Source: Paraphysomonas bandaiensis (lineage: Eukaryota; Protista; Chrysophyceae). From it: 64,000 bases of DNA. The notes beneath the pieces are model-generated. The model searched no databases. It saw only the letters and a program-made list of their open reading frames with translations, and was not told where the DNA came from. Positions 27,339-39,770 of the stretch are shown piece after piece. A program made the position numbers and the translations under genes. Positions within the stretch are counted from its first letter, which is position 1, and each line of letters begins with the position of its first letter. Where the stretch lies: positions 434,001-498,000 of the forward strand of contig CBFFRP010000363.1 of NCBI GenBank assembly GCA_965644295.1. Direction: 5' to 3'.

Positions 27339-29640
27339 TTAGAGACTCTCTGAGTCATTTGGGCGAGAATGTCCAACAGAAGTTTCCGCAAACGCCCCCA
27401 TATCACTGTCATGTTAAAAAGTATGAGCACCAAAACACCATCATGCATATCATATTATCTATCACACTGAGAAAGTAAACAATATAATTAGCAAGCGAAA
27501 TCTCAACAGCTAATAATCTTTCTTTCATATTTAAAAAGAGTGTATAGCGCACCTGACATCTCCTGAAAAAGAAGGTAGATGTCTCTGTTCCCGATCCACT
27601 CTGTCATCTGCGTTGTCGCTTTTCCAAGGTTGCAAGTTGCTGTCCCTATATTCAGTCTGACTGGAGTGCGAACATGCCAACGCCTAGACAATAGATACAT
27701 TTGAGTATTTAGAATTTTCCCTCACTTCGACAGTCACTTTGACAGTGTCATAAGTCATACAGTCTCTTCGACACATATGGCAAAGCATTGGCCCGTAAAA
27801 CATCATGCACACCACAATTCCTTAACATATAATTGTACATAGCTCCATAATATGTTGATTTCGAACACTGTTAACACACCTGAACAAAATGTACAACAAT
27901 CGGGCGCGGAAGATGTTTCAGCATTCGAACAACTCCTACAAACGTATTCGTGAGACCGTGTGTACAAGTATTTATGTGTTCAGAGTTTTTAAAAGATGTA
28001 TGCGTTCATGATAGAGTGACTTAGGCAAACACTGTTGGAGGAATGTATGGAGTATATCATCTCCGCTATATGTGCACAGTACCGTTGAATGTGAGAGATC
28101 CAGTGGAGTTTCCATTGATTTTGCTAACGATATCTCCTGCTAGTAAACCGGGGCATGTATCCGGGTTCTACATATCATCATGGGTAAACTGGAGACTGTG
28201 GGTTGAATGTAGCTCCAGCGTGTATTATATAATCGATTCGCATCTCCAATACCTGAAGCACTCACCTGCACGAATCCTATGACCGCTGGTGTGCCGGGTG
28301 AATCACATGGAATCAGAGTAACTCCAATTGTCTGTTGTGTATACACCAATGACGTCTCGCGCACCTAGAATACAAATCAGTTTCGTTCTACTATCAATAA
28401 GAAGAAAGATACTTTCTCCATGAGTCCCAAAAATGCTTTAGTTGAAGTCAGATCTGAGACATGCGGTACTCGAATCAAAGAAGATAAGTAAGCCTGAGTA
28501 CCGATTACGCGTTAAACAAGCACAGAAACAGTAATTCATCGCGTATACAACTCGAAATTCACACCATAGCTGGTTCGCTAACAACATCAGCGACTGCACC
28601 AAAGAACCATATATATAGCAACATAAAAGTAATGTAGAACAATACTACTATGCCAATATAGCTATACAGTGCTTAGTCGAGTAACACCATAATACCACCA
28701 ATTAATTACATTGTCACTGAAGTCCACAGTGTGTGTGCCTCAACATAATAGTGAACAAAAAGAGAACACGCCAAATACCCCACCTCTACATAAACTGCAG
28801 AATTGTTAATCTTACCTGCAATTGAGTCTCCCTTTCCATCAGAAATGCCGGATCATTGTGGTCCGTTACTGCAGACAAATGGGTATAATACACATCAACA
28901 ATGTACTCCAGTACTCACTCAATTTAGACTTTTTCTCTGGTAAGGAAGGCAAGCTACAGATGATGTAAGCGAAAATTGCTATGTATCAAAGAGAAATACT
29001 ATCGGCCAATTGGAATGGCGCAAAAATACATTAAGCAAGAATATATCAGACCTGGAAAGTAAATGATGCCCTTTAAAGTGATGTCTAACATCAGAGTTCA
29101 GGCTTACAAAATCCTTAAAACGCCTGGAATACAAGCGGTTATTTTTCTGGCATACTGATTCTAGTAGGTTATTTGATGTACGTCCCTATCCCACCTGTGT
29201 ACGGTATTCGTGTATCCATCAGCGAGGCGTGTAGTTTCTATCAGATACCACGTAATTTTGTCTTCGCTATACCCATCTGATCCAGATCGATGTTCAGCTA
29301 TATTGACGGTATACACCTCATCGCCTTGACTGTGAGATATCTTCTGAGTCAGTTCAACTAATTTCTCTCCTCCCACAAAACAGTCATAACTGAACCCAAA
29401 CCAGCCCACTTTCTTTATCTCTATGTACCCGGACACCCCTCTCACACAGAATAAAACTTTGTGTCCAGATTTATCCATGAACATACTGCTAGAACCGAGA
29501 GATCCGGGAATCTCCTCATGATCTAACGTGGCACTCCTAACTCCTGTTAAAGGGTCGTGATACACACTGAGGACATGAGTGGTGCCGCCCCTACTGTAGG
29601 TCCAGGTGCGAGTTAATTGGCCGTCCAATACGGATACCAT
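27339..29640 (-). CDS. Sorting-nexin-like protein with FAIM1 - PX - PDZ architecture (~10 exons)
   Basis: Hand-spliced: FAIM1-like TWTYSRGGTTHVLSVYHDPLTGVRSATLD..GFSYDCFVGGEKL; PX TWYLIET..TVHRRFKDFVSLNSDVR..LPSLPEK..DPAFLMERETQLQAYL; PDZ IGVTLIP..AVIGFV..GLLAGDIVSKING..VVRMLKHLPRPIVVHF. Last exon and stop less certain. Confidence 0.75.
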
Positions 29641-29734
29641 GATAGCAAATATAAGGGCGAGATATCTATCAATATCAGCCAACACACTGATACTATAGTC
29701 CACTCCACAGCAGTGTACAGCACTGTACCGGTAT

Positions 29735-30090
29735 ACCTACCTACATACATACATACATACATACATACATACATACATACATACATACATACATACATAC
29801 ATACATACATACATACATACATACATACATACATACATACATACATACATACATACATACATACATACATACATACATACATACATACATACCTACCTAC
29901 CTACCTATACCTACCTACCTACCTACCTACCTACCTACCTACATACATACATACATACATACATACATACATACATACATACATACATACATACATACAT
30001 ACATACATACATACATACATACATACATACATACATACATACATACATACATACATACATACATACATACATACATACATACATACATAC
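29735..30090. repeat. Compound microsatellite (TACA)n-(TACC)n-(TACA)n
   Basis: Directly visible ~355-bp tetranucleotide array with a central cctac block. Confidence 0.98.
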
Positions 30091-30159
30091 AGCAGAGGAT
30101 TTAGATTCGGTGGGTTGTTTGTACTTGGAGAGCATGAGGAGGGTCTCAAAACACACAGG

Positions 30160-31473
30160 ATGCTAGTGAAACCTCTCTCCCAGGTGTTACTAGCACTCTC
30201 ATGGTGTTGGATTTGTAGGGCGAAGCCATGTATTCCAGACGAAGATCAGGTGCCGTCCGCTGCGTGTGTATGTGTGTGCAGTGCGCTGATGAGCTCTGTG
30301 TAGACGTATCTCGCCATAGGCCAGGACTATCACAGCATAGGCAATTACACAGATGCTATCAAGGTGTTGCCTCATGGCGTGATGTCGTACACCTCTCTTC
30401 AGGGGATCTCAGACAGCTCATCGTCTCTGGAGGAGCCTGTGGACTACGGGGCGGGGGTTCAGTGGGCTCAGGGGCTTGCAGAGAGATACCCCACTGCATT
30501 CCTGCAACTTGGACTATGGCTTGTTGACACATGTGATCGAGTTACTGCAAGGGAGTATGACGAAGAAATCGATAAGCTAGCTTCTTTTCTTGTCGGCCTG
30601 AAAATTCCTGTTTTCCTTCGAATTGGATATGAGTTTGACTCCCAAGAAAACCATTATGACGCTCAAGACTATCAATCTGCCTTTCGCTACATTGTCGATC
30701 GATTTAGATATCTCAATGCTGATAACGTGGCCTTTGTGTGGCATGCGTCAGGATTTGCTCCAAGAGATAACTTGTCCGTTGACTCCTGGTTCCCAGGTGA
30801 TGACTATGTCGACTGGTGTGGCCTGTCCTTTTTCCAGCAACCTTACGATTGCCAGGTCTCTGTTAAGTGCATTATGAAAGATGCCGAGCGTCTGGCGAAA
30901 TTCTGTGATAAAGAGGGCATTCCACTAATGATTGCGGAGTCAACTCCATATGGAGGTATCATCGATGAAGCTGATTCATCTCACGGCCCTAATAGAGCAG
31001 GGTTTTACGGGAGTACTTGGAACCGGTGGTTTGTGCCTGTGCTGGACTTTGTGATAAATCACGACGTGAAAATGTGGAGTTACATCAACTGTAATTGGGA
31101 TTCCCAGGTTATGTGGCAAAAGCAGCGCGCGAAACATGAGCATTGGGGTGACAGTCGCATCCAAAAGTTTAAAGGAATAAAAAAACGTTGGGTAAAAGAT
31201 GTTGTGGGTAGTAATAGATTCTCTTGGGTAGTTAATAGAAGTACGGTAATTTCCGGTGAAGACGAATCCGAATCTCCACTGTTTACAGAGAGCCGCCATC
31301 GACGACCCTCTTCTAATGTGTGCAATGAGGTCGTTGTAGATGTGGCACCATACCCCTGGAAAGCTGTTATGATACTTTCTATCAGTGGCGTTGTTCTAGT
31401 TGGTGCTGGAGCGTTGTATTTGACTAAGCTGTACAGAAGAAGAATGTCAAATGAGTATGTGGTGATTGGATAG
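30160..31473 (+). CDS. Glycoside hydrolase family 26, beta-1,3-xylanase-like, with signal peptide and C-terminal TM anchor (exons 30160-30249, 30304-31473)
   Basis: MLVKPLSQVLLALSWCWICRA signal; LAIGQD, VDYGAG, PVFLRIGYEFD (acid/base Glu), NVAFVWHA, WFPGDDYVDWCGLSFF, PLMIAESTP (nucleophile Glu); TM AVMILSISGVVLVGAGALYL followed by YRRR. Confidence 0.85.
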
Positions 31474-31628
31474 TTGTATCTGCAACTAATACAGAAGTGT
31501 TTGTATATAGAAGTATTACCGTATATGATATATTGTTGCATCGTTTCATACGATGTCGATGTAGACATTTTCTGTATTTGCTCTTATTTAGCCCAAACAA
31601 ATGAGACTATGTTGTTAGCTCTTTTTTG

Positions 31629-32485
31629 CAGGCTTGCGTAACAATTAATTGGTTTTCAATTTATTGGCAATAATTGCCAATTAAATTAATTGGTTTTAAT
31701 AGTGATAATTCCAATTATTTTTATTGGAAGTTGTTGCCAATTAATTGGCTGGCTAAATTATATATAGCATCTTAAGATGTATAGCTACTGATCATAGATA
31801 TTGAAAGTCTTTTTACCAATATAGTGGCTAGTTGAATGCTAGACATACTAGTTAGACCTCTACCCATAACTAATCCGTACAAATTCCATTATCCTACTAT
31901 TTAACGCTACAGAAGCTGCGTCGCCGCATCTTAAGATGTATAGCTACTGATCATAGATACAAACTCATTATCTAGATGATGTCCGAGTACAATTTGATGA
32001 TTTAATTCGTCAGTAGTCAAAATTCAGCGTGGTAGAGAAGAAGAACTGAACCGCGCTGAAAAAGCACAGGTGCGACGCTTTTTGATAAATGATGTACTTG
32101 CACACGAAGGTGAACTCGATGAAGATAAAGATGAGGAGGAGGAGGAAGACAAGACCATTGGTTTACTTAAAGACAACCGAAAGCGCAAAAATGCACGCAT
32201 CAAACTGCCAACACAATATCGTTGCATGAAGCATTTGTATAGCACTACCAATGTTTGTGAGAGGTTGCTTAGCAGATCTAAGATTGTTATGACTGATTTT
32301 CGCAAGCGAATGACACCTAGACACCTTGAAATGTTGATGTTTCTGCGTGCAAATGGGAATCTTTGGGATGATATTATAGCAATAGAATTGAAGGCAATTA
32401 ATTGGCAATAATAGGATGCTTGTAATAATTACAATTGTTGGGCATCTGTCACCAATTAATTGCCAATTAATTCTTACGCAAGCTC
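31629..32485 (+). mobile_element. Internally deleted hAT DNA transposon retaining the C-terminal dimerization domain
   Basis: Imperfect TIRs gcttgcgtaacaattaattgg / ccaattaattcttacgcaagc; subterminal ccaattaatt repeats; ORF 32070-32411 YRCMKHLYSTTNVCERLLSRSKIVMTDFRKRMTPRHLEMLMFLRAN (hATC). No clear TSD. Confidence 0.8.
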
Positions 32486-32760
32486 ATAAAGAGCAAAGTG
32501 AGTTGTTGTTAATGGAAGGGGTGTGGATGCTCATACACCCCTGGTCGCGCCAACAAGTCGAGGTAATACCAAAACCTGGTAAAGCAATTTCACCAGGTTT
32601 CATATATAAGTATTGAGTTATTATTTTACTGTAATTTGTATCTGCGAGGTTAATGATAAAGAAAAAGTCGCAAGTATAGTTGTTATTAGCAGTATTTATT
32701 GCGTTAAAAGTTGGCCCTGCTATTATTACTTGTGTTTTGTAATATCATATTCTCATATAG

Positions 32761-35700
32761 CTACATCTGCTTCGCTTGAGACTGCAAACGCTCCAACCGA
32801 ATAGCCTGATTTCGGATACATTGCATACGCATATAGCTATCTTTACCACTACTACTTACAGTAGTATTAGTACCTATGCTCGGAAACGACGCGGCAACAG
32901 CCGCTGGGGGCACATTGCTAGTAGGTGGAGGATCATAAGCAGGTGATGGATCATAAGCAGTTAGTACAGTGTATAGTAACAACGCACAACAATAATCAGA
33001 ACAATACCGCATATATACGACATACGACCCCGTCACCATCTTTATGAACAGTTACTGCAAACTATATATGTAGCGCCGATACGAAGTTTTGACGTAAAGA
33101 CTACTGTAACATTTACAAAAATCTTTTGCCAGGGTTCATTATACTCTGCTGGCATTAATAGGTATGATATTAAAATCTAATAAAAGGATTTTAATAGGTT
33201 TAAAAAATGATGAATACAATTATTATCATTGGTAAATGTCGCCTTTTTTGCAAGTGAATGACACAGACACCACAAAAAATTTATAAGTTTTTTGGATTTA
33301 TTTCGTCGATATGAAGTATTCGACAACGCTTGTACAAACAGTATTGATAGAGCGCTATCTAACAATAGCATTGCACTATATTGTTTCCTAGCCCTGGTAC
33401 AGACAATTCATAAGAAAAAACATATATAGTAAAAACAAGAAACACACCATCCCATCCCTATAAACTCTCAAACCTACATTTAATATAATACTATGTTATT
33501 ACGCATTGCAGTGCACCAAACAATGTGCAGCGCTTAGTATGTATAACTTACTAGGAAGAAAACAAAATATAGCATGAATAATGCTAACACGTAGTTTCCA
33601 GGAATGCTACAACCGTTTGCATCATAAGTCATGCATGGTACTGAGTGACTCTCACAGAAGAAGTAACTAAATAAGTAAGATATAACTGAAAACAACTAAT
33701 CTGAACGCTTCAATACTATGTGCATTCTTGACCTTATAAGTGATTATATAGTGTTTTAACAGTTTCATGCTAAACTCTACGTTGATTCAAAACAATTCAT
33801 CAGTAAACCTCGACTATGAAAACTGTGCTAGAGTCAGATAAATTCAAAAAATCATTGAAAAACATACCGCTTGTTCGAGTATCCAATCCATTGCTTCGTT
33901 TATGTCACCACCGTGCATTCGTAATGCAGTTTCCGCCTTTGCCTCATCAATTGCAACTACTTCCGCCAGCTTCTGAATCAACTCTGCAGTAACTGAATAC
34001 ACATTTTCGTCAAAATTATATTTCACACATCAAAACCAATAAGTCAGCCACTTAACACTTACTTGGACTTCTTGTGCGCCCTGATGTGAATGGTATTACT
34101 GTTTCTCCCTCATCATCACTCTCATTCCTAATTTCTTCCTGTAGTGACACATACAATGGTGAAGTAATCGACACATTTTAGAAATGCTGAGTGACGAAAA
34201 GGAAATATATTAGCAATAGCAGCAGACAAGGTAACATTGGGTTCATCACACGAATCACATGCATTACTCATTCTATTCAATGGATAAGTTTTGGTTGCGG
34301 CACAATATACTATTCAACACTGTGCCTACCTTTCTCTCATTCCCGAAAACATCACAGCCTTTAAGTGATCCCAGACTCACAATAGGCGTCGTATCTCTAA
34401 CTAGTTTCACCCGTTCTGCTCGAATAGATTGGGCTAGAGGCTGAGGAATAGCACAGCCGTAAGCCTACAAAGAGAGAGTATATTAGCATTAAATTATAAA
34501 ACCAACTACGCCTATTGAAAGCATATACCATGAAAATAAAACAAGAAAATTAATGAAATAAATATAACCGACCAAAGAAGCAGTTGCACCACATAATGAT
34601 ATCATCATCACACAATCGGAGTAGAGACAACTCTTAGAAAGTAATCACCTGGTATGACAGAATAATGTATTCCCCGTGGCCATTTCTACCAAATGGATTC
34701 AGTATTAGAGAGCGCAGACTCTTCGTTAGCGCTGTGGCGATGTCCAACCCGAATTTCAAGTCGGGCACCCTTGAAAGACATTCTAATGTGCAGGTTACTT
34801 AAGCTTGTGGCAAATAAAATCGTATATTGACAATAGATCCATAAAAAGGTAAGTTAACTGAAAGAGAAGAGCACATAATACAAATATATCTAACATCACC
34901 TTCAAAGGAGCAATTGAGCAAAATTGCAACTGTTTTCATTGTCAACCTGGCAAATGAATATATGTAGTGAGATCATGCTCCGCACACACATATGATATTC
35001 AGAAGTAATATACCGCACTCAAAAATGCAATCTAACATAGTAAGTATGCAGATGGTACGTACACGATTTTATGCGGAACAGCACTGCTGTCTGTTCTTGG
35101 CAATTCGCGTGACATATCATATTCCAATTCAGCACCAACACCATCTGAAAAATTCCATGAGAAGTCTATTATAATTGCAAAGTATATTCACACTGAGGAC
35201 GCATGACAATATAGCATATATCACTCTATTATAGTACCTACCATTCTCATTTTCGTTGTCTAGTATAATTACACGTATATCATCAAGGCCGCCATTGATG
35301 TATACTTCTTTTCCATGCAACCCTGTGTCATGCCCTCGTACGACAGCTAGTAAAGAGTCTATTGGTGAGATTTCTACCACAATATCTTTCGTATCGCCAT
35401 CCAAAGAAATGCCAACAGTTGGAGAATTCTCTTCATGGATTGATTGGGGTACATTGTTTTGATAGATGTCGATATGACACCGTCTACCTCCAAGAGAAAG
35501 TAAACCTACATCAAAATAAATCAAGTTATATACTCAGTACCTCTGTACAGATATGGTTGATTACAGAGAATCAAAACATACGCACCCGAAAACAAGGGCA
35601 CGATATTAGATATGGAATCGTCAGAGTTGTCTCCAGAATATTGTGAAAAATAATCTGCCGAATCATCTCGTATCATAATATTGCTATCATCCAGGCGAAC

Positions 35701-38573
35701 AGAGACCGAAGCACCACGGCTCTCCACATTCGGCGATGTCTAATTTCGAGAGTTCAGTTCAACGAAATTAATTCAATCACGTGCAACATATATCACATCC
35801 ACTCTAATATTACCTTCGCCTCAGCAATATCTGGACTGTTACCCTTTTGTTCTATTTCACGTGAATACTCCCGCCCAATTACATATCTATCATTGTCAGT
35901 GTTAACTGGCACAAAGGTATCTGATGTTGTCATGTCATTCAGAAACCATTCCAGCGTCTTATCCGTGTTGCCATTGAATGAAGTAAGCACCATTTTTACT
36001 TCTGTACATGCAAAAATTAAGGTGAGTATTTTACTATCGAGTTACTCGGACATTTGCATTATCTATTCATCATACAACCATAATAATCATACTAAATACC
36101 ACTGATGTTTCGAAATCAGTGCCAATAGATTCCTACCATTATATGGTCTTCCGAGCGCTTCGCTCTGTTGACAAGTAAATCAGTAATAGAACACTTCAAT
36201 TGAATCAACACAGCACTGAGTATGTTCAATATACTCAAACATGTGCAGAGAGTAATACATAAAAGCATTCTATGACGATATAAAAATATTCAATGATGAG
36301 AACTTTACCAAATTTGTTGCTGCATCGGTATCGAGCACACTGTGCTCTTCTTCTGGCGGAGGAGGATAGCATCCTACTGATGTATTCTTCTGAATCAATC
36401 CCGCTCTCTTATTTTCGTAGTAAGTTTGGCTGTATGCACCTAACATCGAAACGACATAATGATATGCTTCAAGAATATCAACATATCAACATATATCGTG
36501 TTCCAAGTGTAAGGATACAGCTACGCAACAACGTGCGCACCTCTAGATGCTGGTTGTGACCAATTATTATCTTTTGGAGAAGCAGGACTAAGCCAATTTT
36601 TGTCACACATGGCTTCTTTTTCTTCTCTCAGAGAGTCTTCATAGCTGGGAGGAGGATCATTTACCTTCACATTATCAAAATGTAACCAGTCCGGGTCATC
36701 TGTGGGATTTGTATCATATTCACAGTAATCACTTCGTTACTAATACATAAGTCTAACTACTGAATACAGAAAATACTATCACTCTCTAGAAGTTTTATAC
36801 CTGCCCGTACTGCCTCACGTTTGTATATATTTGGCTTAGGTAATGGTGGATACGTCGAAGTGTATCTCACGTTCGCCTGTTTCTCATACTCAGATCCATG
36901 CTTGTACTCATGTGCTCCATCTGTTTGAATAGGGACCATCATATGCTTGTTATATGGTACGTTTGAGCCGGTGTCAGCAAATTGCATATTAGTGAGTGCG
37001 GTTGAGGGGGAAGCTAACGATGGGGTCAGCAACATTGGCTTAAAAGGTTGTGGCACACACACATCAGAATGGCTCATCCAAGCCTACATCAAATAGTTAC
37101 CAAAATATTTATAAGAATTATATTATAGTACAATCAGATTGCACGCCAGAATTAGAGAAATATAATTCGACAGATCAGTTTCTCATACCAATTTTTGACA
37201 TTCTCGAGAGCAGTAGAAAGCATCTCCACAACGTTTACACCTAAACAATATACCAACATAAATACACGTGAACTAAAATCTGAAAGGGAAGGGTGAAAAA
37301 TCCATCCCTCTGTGGACAATCATTCCTCATCTGCATACGATATATGTTTAATTAACTACCTAAATGTCGTTGTCTTACAGCATCGCTCACAGTGTCCAGC
37401 AAGTGGTGCAAGCAGGGAGAGATCAAACCGCCACTCCTCCACTTGACGCTTGCGCAGGCCGTCAACAGGTGGAAAAGAGGCAACACCGGCGACTGGTGGA
37501 TACTGTAACTTTCGCCGCGGGACCAATTTCTGAGTACCATGTTTCAGCAAGAGAAAGATCAAGAGTAAAGTACAAAACGATATTACCAGTAACTTATCTA
37601 ACCATATATACATATATATATGACACTGCAAAATATAACCCACATATGACTGTTTCGTTGTCAGCAGCACACCAAAGGTATAATGCAAACTATACCATGA
37701 GAATATTGTCTTCAGACTTTGTCCGCTTTATACACATTGTTTTCGATGAACTACAGCAAACACTTTGGTCGTCCACACTACATATCAGATGGTAGTGGGC
37801 TTGGCGCTGCGACATGTATATTAGTACAGCCCTTTCGTATACATATATGGAACCATGTAACGAATATTCATACTACGATTATATTTAGTCTCTCACCTCA
37901 TATGAATCAACTATTTTCTTATAAGTATGAAGGCTGATTTGCTGCTTTGCAACCACATAATCAGGTTTTCTCGCCGATGAGGACTCATCCATATGTGCAG
38001 TCGCAGCAGAGGGATCGGCGCTGATCACTCTGTGAAAGACGCCCAACAAAATGTATGTCATTGACGCGAATGGCACAAAATTCAAAACTAACCTAATGTC
38101 TTCAACAGGTACATCATTCTCAACATGTCCATTATGATGTCGCAAAGTTAAGGTCTTGTTGTCGTGTGAATATTCTAGCACTTCCGCACGATGAAAGTCC
38201 TGCAGTATGATGTTTAGCATCATTGAGGGTCATTATTTCATACTTACGTCCTCTATCATCCGGTCCACCAAATCACCTACAGATATCCCACTCAAAACGT
38301 CGACCGGCAGAGAGTGTTGAGAGCTGTCGTCCGGTTGATTATCGCGAGATACCTCCTCGCACACACGCAACTCATCCACCTCTACACCCTCCTCTATGTT
38401 ACCGTCATCCAGGTACTCAATGATGTATATTTCACCCGGCTCTGATACGCCTATGACCCTTGCTGGATACCACACCTGTGTAATATAAGTGTGGTGGGAA
38501 TAACAGCACAGCATGTACACACCCCCTCTATCACTCTCTCCACTACACTCCCAACCTCACATGACACGGACAT
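32761..38573 (-). CDS. Multi-exon protein: 2x Tudor-like, zf-MYND, PPxY motif, 2x UBA-like
   Basis: Tudor VWYPARVIGVSEPGEIYIIEYLDDGNIEEGVEVDELR and DFHRAEVLEYSHDNKTLTLRHHNGHVENDVPVEDIR; MYND assembled from three exons CERCCKTTTFR|CKRCGDAFYCSRECQKL|AWMSHSDVC; PPPSY; UBA-like VKMVLTSFNGNTDKTLEWFL and AKAETALRMHGGDINEAMDWIL. Middle exons and 3' end only partly traced. Confidence 0.65.
33315..33396 (+). mobile_element. 3' part of a second hAT MITE copy (intronic)
   Basis: gtattgatagagcgctatctaacaatagcattgcactatattgtttcctagccctg resembles 45952-46005. Confidence 0.65.
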
Positions 38574-39770
38574 AAGAGAGCTACAAGGCAAAGGAAAACA
38601 CACTGCACGAGATCGCTCGCTGAAAGTCTTTAAATCAAGAGCTCTCCGTCTCTGTCTCGCTTGTCTGTGATTGAACTGAGCTCGACTCATGCACTTCACG
38701 ACAAGATGTCTGTATATATACCGTATAGGGATGTATACTATACATGTGTACAGTGGACTGTATATAGCATATACAGGTGTAGATATGCATATATACAGAC
38801 GCTGGAGAGAAAAATCCTTCTTTTTTAACAAATAAAATCCTGGAAATCTCCCGTCACAGACACTCTACGGGTGCAGGCAGGTATACACGGCTCTGCTGCA
38901 TGTGTCATGACAGCAGAGTGCATGCACTGCAGCAGTGGAGAATGGTATCTTCTGATGATATTATGATCTCTGCAATCATCACATGGCTATGCCGCAGCAT
39001 GTACTGGACATGCTTGGTATGGATGTTTCTATCTCTTACAGGGACTGCTCCCGTACACAACGCCATAGTCACTGCATGCCCCACATGTACTCTCGCATGC
39101 TCTAGGATCAGGGCCGCTGGGTGCATAGTCTAGCATGAGTCAGATGCGGGTGCATATATATAATAATACCACTGTCATAATTATAGGAGAGGAGCACGAC
39201 ATGTGACCAGCAGTGTGGGTGTATGCAATTCGACTATACGTGTACGGTCTGATTTATGTGACACGGCAGAAGTATCTATCAATGAATTATATGTAGCCTA
39301 AGAAGCTGAATCGGATGATTTCTTACAACTGTTGTGTGTATTTGACCATTGTAATACAGGTATATGTGTATTGCAGGTATTGTAGTTTACTAGTTTGCTA
39401 TGTTCACTGTTGATTATTTCATGAACTTGGAATACAACGCGTATTCGTAATCTGATTGTTACGGCAAACATGAATATACAGTATATTTATTATGTTGAGA
39501 TTTGCTGAAAGTTGAGCTAAGTGCTGCAGTATTAGTTTTTTTTGTCTATAGCAGTCACTAAGAAGTACGATGACTGTTGTTCAAGGTGTGTTTTAATGTA
39601 GTGTTATGATACTTAATCAATGAGTGATATCGAATTCAACTCACTTAGAAATTTACAATGCCTGATTAGAGTTATTATTGAATCACGAAATAGTTATATA
39701 GAACCTGCATACAAGGTGCTGTGGAATATCTCAAGTATATCTATACATATTTAATACTCATAACGACGTA

